Shown here in pieces: positions 39,233-47,444 of a stretch of 49,306 nucleotides of DNA; the first letter of the stretch is position 1, and the number at the start of each line of letters is the position of its first letter. The notes under the pieces are model-generated. The model was not told where the DNA came from, did not search any database, and saw nothing but the letters and a program-made list of their open reading frames with translations. Location: positions 1 through 49,306 of the forward strand of contig CAZFNE010000001.1 in NCBI GenBank assembly GCA_964520335.1. The letters are read 5' to 3'. The DNA comes from an uncultured Methanosarcinales archaeon. GTDB taxonomy: Archaea; Halobacteriota; Methanosarcinia; Methanosarcinales; Methanosarcinaceae. Position numbers and translations under genes: made by a program.

Positions 39233-40456
39233 CAATCTTAGGATTATTTGTTTTCATGCAAGCTTGCCAATAGATAATATTTTCTCCTACTGTCGTTTTA
39301 AAATCCATAAAAAACCGTGATTGTAATATCTCTTTCCCAACTTTATACTCCTCTATCTCACAGAAGTTAGGTAGCTGAAAAAACTTAATCAAAGCTCAAG
39401 CATTTTAAGGATTGAAGGAGTTATTACTAGCTGGCTTATGACAGGGAGAAATAAAGTTTGGATTTATTCCGGATTCAGCGGGTGATTTATACGGTTACCT
39501 GCACAAAGATTCTATCATAAGGTAAGCCTTTTGGATGAGATCTTTCCTTTGATAGTGTTTTTTTGAATATTATTGGTTTGATCTGATGCTTGGATTTGTC
39601 AAGTTTTTTCTTTCACAACAAAAGAAGCATAACAGATGCTTATATGTTAATTCTGATCTTATAACTCCTAAAATTAACTCCCACACTATACGGTTATTAA
39701 TTAATATCTAATACATATTTTATTTACTATATAATATTTAACACATATATTTATTTTGTATTTTATCTGAAATATCTCTATAATTTTTAGAAACTAATAA
39801 TATTTTTATTTTTACCAGACAGAAAAGATCAGATTTAGTTTCTCGTCCTAATAATTTTTAACCAAATATTTATCCATTATCTCTATCCTTTCGTACTCAC
39901 TTGTCAATGTATAAGTCAACACAATGATTCATTTTGTACTCTAAACTTTTTAAGAACAGATTTTCTTTCCTGTGTTGGAAATTTCTAAAAAATTAATTAT
40001 AAGTTATTTTATATACAATGCATTGCATAATTAAATATCACACTGCATTGCTCTCAGTAAAGTCCTAAAATAAGAATTAGAACCAAATCTACCATCATCT
40101 TCTCTTCGGATTAATATAATAACACGAATATTAATGAAACTTGATTCAAGCCAGTGCTTTTAATGGAAAATACGATGCAACCCAGGCAGTACAGTTAATG
40201 AAAATTTTCCCAGATATTAATCTATCTAAGATTAGTTGTACAAAATAACAAATTGCATCATTATATTTTCCAGATAGAAAGGTGCCCTTCTTTGTGAGAA
40301 AAGGAGATTCCCTTTTTGACTCTGGCTATTTTACGTGTATAAAAGACCTGGGAGAGGAGCCATATGGTTCGGGTGCAAGTCTTTTTATTAGGGTCATGCC
40401 GCATCAGTGAGCAGGCAGCAGTAATGGCGTATCAGGGGATATGGGGGATCAAAAAA

Positions 40457-41004
40457 TTGGAACAATCAGTTGTTACTAATTTCGATACGGTGTATGGATC
40501 AATAAGTACACCCTGGCGGTTGGTTCTTATAAAAGGTATTCTGGCCATTATAACAGGTTTATTCCTGATATGTGAACCTGTATCTACTACTATTCTACTA
40601 ATGAAGATTTTAGATATATTCTGGCTAGTAACAGGAGTAATTTCTATTATAGTATCCCTATTATCTTCGGAGAATCGATGGTGGGAGCTGCTCTCAGGTA
40701 TTCTGAGTATTATTGCAGGAATTGTTATTTTGACGTATCCCATTTATGGCCCATTCGTAGTTCTTGGACTTTTGATCATCTTCATTGGAGTATGGGCTAT
40801 TATCACAGGCGCTGTAAGGATTGCCTCTTCATTTAGAGGAGAAGGATGGGCAAGGGGAATTCTTGGAATTATTACTATGATCCTTGGTTTGCTCCTGCTT
40901 ACAGCTCTCAGGCTCGGGTTGCAGTTTTACATTAGATATTTGGGTTTTTCCCCACTCTCGGGGGAATTGGAGCAGTTATCACAGGAATAAAAATGAAAAC
41001 CTGA
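40457..41004 (+). pseudogene. HdeD/DUF308 membrane protein with a frameshift near 40901 and an in-frame TAG at 40933
   Basis: DUF308-like repeats W..VLIKGILAII.G...P. The natural C-terminal helix VAVLH*IFGFF..LGGIGAVITGIKMKT lies in a different frame ending TGA at 41004; TTG start at 40457 behind GGGGG. Confidence 0.7.
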
Positions 41005-41040
41005 AAACGGGCTTTTACAAAATAAGGAGGAAAGTTAAAC

Positions 41041-41421
41041 ATGGATAGACCTATTGGTGTTACTATTCTGGCAATATTAGCTGTCTTGGCAGCAGTTCTA
41101 AACGCTATTGTGACGCTTCGATTTTTAGGCTTTTTGCCTTTTTTAGGAGTATTTGACCAACGCATTTTTAGCCTCTGGTATGCCCTATTATTCGGTATCA
41201 TGGCCTATATCTGGGCATGGGTAGCCAAGATGCTCTGGGAAGTAGACCGGTCGGCCTGGATGTTTCTGGCCATTATCACAGTATTTAACCTGTGCATTGA
41301 TTTTGTGATACTGGTTACGGGTGGATCATGGTATGACGTAAACCTTTCAGTTATCATCAACGCTCTTATCCTTATCTATGTCATGCTGCCAGGCGTCAGG
41401 GAGGCATTCGGGACAGATTAA
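41041..41421 (+). CDS. Four-TM membrane protein of unknown function
   Basis: AGGAGG RBS; RPIGVTILAIL N-terminus and IY...PGVREAF C-terminus. Confidence 0.85.
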   Translation: MDRPIGVTILAILAVLAAVLNAIVTLRFLGFLPFLGVFDQRIFSLWYALLFGIMAYIWAWVAKMLWEVDRSAWMFLAIITVFNLCIDFVILVTGGSWYDVNLSVIINALILIYVMLPGVREAFGTD

Positions 41422-41816
41422 AGGCAGATTAATCGAAATCAAAAATAGTAAACTACCATTATCGTCAGAAAATAGATAATAGAAGTCCAGAAGAATAAGA
41501 GGGAATTCTGAAGTTTACATATCTTGTAAGGAACCGAAAGAATTCTGCTCTTTTTAATATTTAGGTTAATTTTAACTTATTCTTAATTTTAATATACACT
41601 TATATTTATATATATTTTTAATACTTGTATTTATAAATATTATACAATACTATATTTTATAGCATTAATGCTACGCTGTCGTTTTTTTCAGAGTTTTCGA
41701 GAAAAGGGATAGCCACTGGAAAATATCGAGGTCATAGCCCTTTTATAACTCAATTACTTTGAAGTGAGTACAGCAGTACAAAAAAACATAAACAAAATAA
41801 TAACAGGGGGAAATAA

Positions 41817-42344
41817 ATGGACGAAGTAATGTATGGGCCAATGCAACTTGTAGTCATTGGATTTCCGGATCCTAACTTCCACGGTCAGATTCGTCGAGAA
41901 TTTGAATCGGCTATGGAAAAAGGAATAATCAGGCTTATTGACCTGCTGTTCATATGGAAAGACAAAGATGGGAATATCACATCTATTGAAGCGACACAGC
42001 TGGATGAAGCCGAAAGGATACGTTTTGGTGCAGTTGTGGGAGGACTTATCGGGCTTGGAGCTGGAGGTGAAGAAGGGGCTAAGATAGGCATGGAAGAAGG
42101 AGCTCTGGAAGCCGCTGAGGAAAACTATGGAATTACCGAAGAAGATATTAATGATATAGCAACGGCTATACCGGAAGGTAGTGCTGCTGGCATTTTCATT
42201 ATCGAGCATTTATGGGCAAAGGGTCTGAAACAGGCGCTCCGTGATGCAGGTGGAGTACTTATGGCTCAAGGCATGCTCTCACCTGAGCTGCTGATCATGG
42301 TTGGGGAAGAATTAAAAGACGCGGTTGGAGCCGCGGAGGCATAA
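41817..42344 (+). CDS. DUF6325/DUF1269-like protein
   Basis: GPMQLVVIGF...F.G.I, G.IRLIDLLFI.KD.DG, IPEGSAA.I..IEH.WA..L..A.RDAGG. Confidence 0.85.
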   Translation: MDEVMYGPMQLVVIGFPDPNFHGQIRREFESAMEKGIIRLIDLLFIWKDKDGNITSIEATQLDEAERIRFGAVVGGLIGLGAGGEEGAKIGMEEGALEAAEENYGITEEDINDIATAIPEGSAAGIFIIEHLWAKGLKQALRDAGGVLMAQGMLSPELLIMVGEELKDAVGAAEA

Positions 42345-42629
42345 ATAGGAGATTAGGCAGCATATCCAGTCTAAAAGCTGCCCTAATATGGAATCCCTCG
42401 GTAAGCATTTGCAATCTCTGTTAATACTCTTTATCCATTCGTTTATTAGTGTGGGAAATATTTCTGGAACTATCTGAAGAGTCATCAGTCTAGAACATAA
42501 TAGAATGGAAGCATTTTACTGAGACTACTGGAGCTAGTAGACTAACCAGTATAATGTCCCATATTTTTAAACAGGATAAAGAATCAATCTGCAAAGTCAT
42601 ATGAATTCAAAATAAAAGGAGTGGTAAAT

Positions 42630-43211
42630 ATGGGATTAAGGGATAGAATCAGTGAACGTAGAGAAGAGCGTAGGGGTCCTACAGAAACTGGTGCTTCTAG
42701 CAGTGGCCAAGCAGCAGGAGGAGTACAACGCTATAAAATGCGTGAAAAAATGATTTCAATAGGCGATGACTACTGGATTGAAAATGAAGCTGGGGAACGG
42801 GCTTTTAAGGTGGATGGAAAGGCGCTCCGCATTCGTGAAACCCTGATCATTGAGGATATGCAGGGAAAAGAGCTGTATAAAATCAAGGAGAAGATGGTCA
42901 GGATCCGAGATACGATGGACATAGAAGATGCCGATGGGAAAACGGTCGCTTCAGTCAAAAAAGCTCTGATCACACCTCTCCGCGATCGATTTAAAGTTGA
43001 AGTTGCGAATGGGCCTGAAATGGACGTCCAGGGCAATATTCTGGATCACGAGTATAAGATTGAAGCTGGGAGGGACAAAGTTGCAGAAGTCTCCAAAAAG
43101 TGGTTCCGAATAAGGGATAGCTATGGGGTGGAGATTGAGCCCGGACAAAATGCCGGCCTTATCCTGGCAATTACAGTAGTAATCGATCAAATGTCACACA
43201 ATATCGGATAA
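42630..43211 (+). CDS. LURP-one/Tubby C-terminal (scramblase-like) protein
   Basis: Y.MREKMISIGDDYWIE..G.RAFKVDGKALR, GNILDHEY, VSKKWFR.RDSYGVEI. Confidence 0.9.
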   Translation: MGLRDRISERREERRGPTETGASSSGQAAGGVQRYKMREKMISIGDDYWIENEAGERAFKVDGKALRIRETLIIEDMQGKELYKIKEKMVRIRDTMDIEDADGKTVASVKKALITPLRDRFKVEVANGPEMDVQGNILDHEYKIEAGRDKVAEVSKKWFRIRDSYGVEIEPGQNAGLILAITVVIDQMSHNIG

Positions 43212-43729
43212 GGAACAGAACTAATGAAATTTTGAATTCAAGGAAAATCCATGTATGGGGACTAAAACCCTAAATCGGCAATTAAATCTGAGATATGATC
43301 TATTGGAGCAAAATATATGGTTAAAATGAAAAAATGGATATTAACTCCTAAAGATCATTGATTTTCTACTTTAAGGGTAAAGAACTGACGGATACAAACA
43401 TATCTGGTGGTCTAGCCGGTGGTCTCTTAATTAGAGCAATTATGAGAATAATAGCTAAGATTGCTGCAAGCACGACTAGGGAATTATCTAAAGGATACCT
43501 ACAATTCAGATATGCAGGAACCACCGCGACTTAGAATGATTATATCCTGGCATAAAAAAATGTTTAAAAGAAGCGATTAATGAAGCTTTATGCAGTTAAC
43601 TGTAGATCTTTGAAAAAAATAGCTACTAATTTAAGCTACTAATTTACAAATTTTATCAAGCGATTTTTGAAAAATTTGTCATGACGGAATAAACTTCAGG
43701 CTGGATAGAGAAAAATAGGGGGCAAATAA

Positions 43730-43909
43730 ATGAAAAGAAAAAATATACTTGGAAGGAAACAGTTTCTATTTGGCGGACTGTTAGCGGGAATAGTCGCAGG
43801 AATTATTGCAGGAATTATTGCTGGTATTGCAGCGAAATATGCTTATGATAAATACATTAAAGAGAAAAAAGTTCATAAAAAGTTGCATTTAGGCCAAAAA
43901 AGTACTTAA
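43730..43909 (+). CDS. 59-aa single-TM glycine-zipper microprotein (not in the ORF track)
   Basis: AGGGGG RBS; MKRKNILGRKQFLFGGLLAGIVAGIIAGIIAGIAAKYAYDKYIKEKKVHKKLHLGQKST. Confidence 0.75.
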   Translation: MKRKNILGRKQFLFGGLLAGIVAGIIAGIIAGIAAKYAYDKYIKEKKVHKKLHLGQKST

Positions 43910-44133
43910 ACACCCATATTCTGCTATAATAAAGTCTGTTTTTCGGGTTGCAAAATATTTTTTTCTGGATCCAGAATCTAATGTCTGAATTGAATTTGAT
44001 TCCTAAATTGATAGTCCAATGTTACAAGGAATACTATTATAGTTAATAGTTCAGCCTTAATAGTTCAGCTTCAGAAAATGTAATATTGTATTTTTTATGC
44101 AAGCGCCGGAACAGTAATCTTCAGACTATTATT

Positions 44134-44164
44134 CAGGCGGGGAAAAAACTTTTTCCGACGCCTG
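44134..44164. terminator. Hairpin downstream of pdaD, between convergent genes
   Basis: CAGGCG.GGAAAAA / TTTTTCC..CGCCTG inverted repeat. Confidence 0.45.
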
Positions 44165-44247
44165 TGTAGAAAAGAGAACTGGAATTTTCAATTATTGCTT
44201 ATTGTTTAATTTTCGCCAGCTTGGCTCGGCTTCTTTTGTTTTGAGTT

Positions 44248-44793
44248 TTATTTTGTAATAAAGACCATGGCAGCAACAACTGTAGTCCATTTTCCGTCTT
44301 TATCCCCTTTTGCAGTCTGGCAGAGATGGAAAGTATCGAAAATATGCCCGCTTGCTTTGTAAACCTGTTCACGTTCATGCCAGGCCATCTCAGCGTCAAA
44401 TTCTATGCCAAGAGTTGAAGCAAGCATAGTTGCTGCAAGGTCTTCAGCATATTCCCCCGCGATTATCTCTTCTTCTCCAAAGGAGTGATGTTCAGAAATG
44501 TAGCCGTAGGTTTCTTCATTTACCGGGACAGCGGTTCCTATAGCTGCAGCCATCAGCCTGTGAGGCTCATTGGTATCGTTCCTTGCAAGGACACAGTGGA
44601 CAATGGCCCCGGGTCTAAGCTCAGGAATTCCTTCTTCCCTGGGCACAATTTTACAATTAGGAGGTAAAATGCTTGAAACACTTACAAGGTTATACTTCTC
44701 TATCCCTGCATCCCTTAATGCAAGTTCGAATGATGCCAGTCTATCTTTATGTACTCCAGTACCCTTAGTCAAAAATGATTTCCTTGGGATCAT
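44248..44793 (-). CDS. pdaD: Pyruvoyl-dependent arginine decarboxylase
   Basis: SFELALRDAGIEKYNLVSVSSILPP (S-S autocleavage site), YGYISEHH, WTTVVAA. Confidence 0.95.
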   Translation of the reverse strand: MIPRKSFLTKGTGVHKDRLASFELALRDAGIEKYNLVSVSSILPPNCKIVPREEGIPELRPGAIVHCVLARNDTNEPHRLMAAAIGTAVPVNEETYGYISEHHSFGEEEIIAGEYAEDLAATMLASTLGIEFDAEMAWHEREQVYKASGHIFDTFHLCQTAKGDKDGKWTTVVAAMVFITK

Positions 44794-44973
44794 GTTAACT
44801 CCTTACGTATTTTCTACATACACTGTCGTTTTCACTTTACGAACAATTAATGTAGAAACAAACATTTAAAATTTTTATGATTTATTTACAATAGAGAAAT
44901 TGGATATCAGTTTAAACTATCGGATTCATATTTCTTTCTTCTATTTCTGAAACGTAAAGCAAAGTTATGAACT

Positions 44974-47067
44974 TTATCCTTCCAATTCATAATTTTCGGA
45001 GTTTTCAGTAACAGTAACTTCTTTCCGAACGTCAAAACCCGAAAATCTGACCTGGTTTTTTGCCTGGCTTTTTACCCGGCTTATTAGTTCTTCAGGACCT
45101 TCCTTAAGGACGTGTTGTTCACAAAGGGCTTTCTCATAAATATCGGAATTTGCGGTTCCCTCGAAAAGAAAGGTCGTCTCAAGAGGAAGTTCTGTCCCGT
45201 TAATGCTTACCTCTTTTTTTTCCACATTAAGTGTCACCTGTTCAGGAGAAAATCCGGATTCAGTCATATAGTTCAAAATAAGCTCTCTTCCATAAGCCTC
45301 AGCAAATTCCAGAGCCTCAGACCTGAGCACAAAATGCCTTCGACCCTTTGGAGTATATACGAAAACTCCTTTCGTCCTTAAATCATATCTTGACTCACTG
45401 TAAAGAGTACGTACCTTTATTTCTACCCTTTTTGTGCCTTTTCCCGTAAGGGCTCCAACAGCATTTCCAACATCAGAATACTCAGGGACAATAAACTCAG
45501 CATCGATAAGCTCATTCAATTCGTTCAGGTAGGCTCTTCCCGGTCCTCCTAGCAAAATAACAGGAATCTCGACTTTAAAACGGGAAAAGAAATTTCCTTT
45601 AAGAATTTTTTCAATCTCAGCCCTATCTACTCCTTCCATTAAAAATGCCATCAGGGCTTTTCCCATATTCTTCGCAAAAAGCCTTTTTACATTCATGCAG
45701 AACGCGTGTTTATCGGTCCCCATAAAATTTGCAAGCAAAGTAGCGCCTATTTCCGAGGCTTCAGGGTTCCATCCCCTGTATTCTCCAAGGACATGCAGGG
45801 CATCCGTAGGAGTAAAACCAATTACCTGTACAAGCCTTTTCTGGATTAAAGAATCCATTTCTCTTTTAGAAGGCAGGATATTCTTATTCCAGTAGATATC
45901 CTTAAGAGAAAGCGGTTCCTCCTTTATGAGAGCAAGCAGTTCCTTTTCCTCCCTGTTCAGATTTCCCGGCTTCAGCTCTGTGCGGACAAAGAATTTTGCA
46001 GGCTGGATATGCTCGTTTAATTTTAGCCTGTCAGGAATCCAGCGCCTTTTTAGCCTGCTAAGGAGATCCGGATAAAGAACTGCAGCCCTGCACAGAGGAA
46101 TTACACGGCGAGGCCCTATGTTTATATTATTTCCCTGGACCCAGACCTGGCTGTCTCCGCCCATTGCCGACGTTTCCATGCGCAAGGCCTTTACTTTGGT
46201 TTGCCAGCCTCCTACGATTGCTCCGGTTTCGCTAAGGAAAGGCACTCCTCTGGAGATCAGGGAAACATCAGTACTGGTTCCTCCTACATCAATAACTACA
46301 CAGGTATCCTTACCTGAAAGAAAAGCAGCTCCAAGCAGGCTGGCAGCAGGGCCTGAAAAAATAGACTCAACTGGCCTTTGCATTGCTTCCTGGATGCTTA
46401 CGACAGCTCCATCACAGCGAAGCATGGCAACTTTGGGATCAAGGCCCCTGCATTTGATCTCCGCAATCACTGTTTTCAGGAATTGTTCTGTAACTGGCAG
46501 GAGCTGGGCATTGAGGTAAGCTGTTACTCCTCGCTCATAAGCTCCCAGGGCTTGAGCAAGTTCATGCCCGCAAACAACAGGCTTGCCAGTGAGTTCCTGA
46601 ATCAGGATTTTTACCCTCAATTCATGGTCAGGATTTCGCACGCTAAAGTAGGAGGAAACTGCAAATGCAGATACTCTATCCTTTATTTTTAGTACGAAAT
46701 CTTCTACTGCTGAGAACTCAAGAGGCATAACTTCCTCCCCGCTATTGTCATGCCCTCCCTGTACTATTATAAAGTTTTCAATCTGAGAATATTCAGGCAG
46801 CTCGTAATTTCCTATAAGAATTAAGCCTACAGGATACCCTGTATTTTCAAGTATTGTATTAGTCGCAAGTGTGGTTGAAACCGAGACAACAGTTACATTT
46901 TTTAGTTTTTCCTGGTCAAGCCCATCAATTGATTTCCTGATTCCTTCAAGAGGGTCGGGATAAGTTGTAAGGGCTTTATTTGAGTCTAAAATTATTCCAT
47001 CCGATCTCCGGATCAAAACCGAATCAGTATATGTACCCCCGGCATCAATGCCAAGTCCGTATTCCAT
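44974..47067 (-). CDS. Hydantoinase/oxoprolinase A-subunit family ATPase
   Basis: LGIDAGGTYTD, STTLATN, SGPAAS, DVGGTSTDV, TPTDALH, VGNAVGA. Confidence 0.92.
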   Translation of the reverse strand: MEYGLGIDAGGTYTDSVLIRRSDGIILDSNKALTTYPDPLEGIRKSIDGLDQEKLKNVTVVSVSTTLATNTILENTGYPVGLILIGNYELPEYSQIENFIIVQGGHDNSGEEVMPLEFSAVEDFVLKIKDRVSAFAVSSYFSVRNPDHELRVKILIQELTGKPVVCGHELAQALGAYERGVTAYLNAQLLPVTEQFLKTVIAEIKCRGLDPKVAMLRCDGAVVSIQEAMQRPVESIFSGPAASLLGAAFLSGKDTCVVIDVGGTSTDVSLISRGVPFLSETGAIVGGWQTKVKALRMETSAMGGDSQVWVQGNNINIGPRRVIPLCRAAVLYPDLLSRLKRRWIPDRLKLNEHIQPAKFFVRTELKPGNLNREEKELLALIKEEPLSLKDIYWNKNILPSKREMDSLIQKRLVQVIGFTPTDALHVLGEYRGWNPEASEIGATLLANFMGTDKHAFCMNVKRLFAKNMGKALMAFLMEGVDRAEIEKILKGNFFSRFKVEIPVILLGGPGRAYLNELNELIDAEFIVPEYSDVGNAVGALTGKGTKRVEIKVRTLYSESRYDLRTKGVFVYTPKGRRHFVLRSEALEFAEAYGRELILNYMTESGFSPEQVTLNVEKKEVSINGTELPLETTFLFEGTANSDIYEKALCEQHVLKEGPEELISRVKSQAKNQVRFSGFDVRKEVTVTENSENYELEG

Positions 47068-47444
47068 TTTTACTTCTCCTCATTAAAACTTGTATTCTGT
47101 CTGTAATTTCGCATTACGGCCAGTAAATCATATTTAATTCTAATTTTTATTTTCCTGCTTTGCTTTTTCCCCTTTTTCTCCTGCCTTTCCGTGTGCTTTA
47201 GATCCACATAACGTCAGGAGGCAAATAACTATTCAGAATAACCCAGGTTTTCTAAATTTCGAGATTTTCTTGAAAACTAATACGAATTGTAAATAGTAAG
47301 CACATTTATGAGAGTAGAGAAAACAGAGGAAGTAAATGGAGCAGAATTTTAAGAGTATATAAAAAGTATACCTATAGCCTGCCACAATAAATAGTCTTTC
47401 TGTAACTGTTAAAACTCTTAAATCTGCTTCCACGATATTGATTC

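Noticed and set aside
40364..40456. Extended N-terminus of HdeD from ATG 40364
   Set aside because: TTG at 40457 behind GGGGG gives a typical HdeD length; the extension has no family resemblance, although GGAG also precedes 40364
43621..43646. 13-bp direct repeat AGCTACTAATTTA x2
   Set aside because: Adjacent duplication with nothing between the copies; most likely replication slippage, not a target-site duplication
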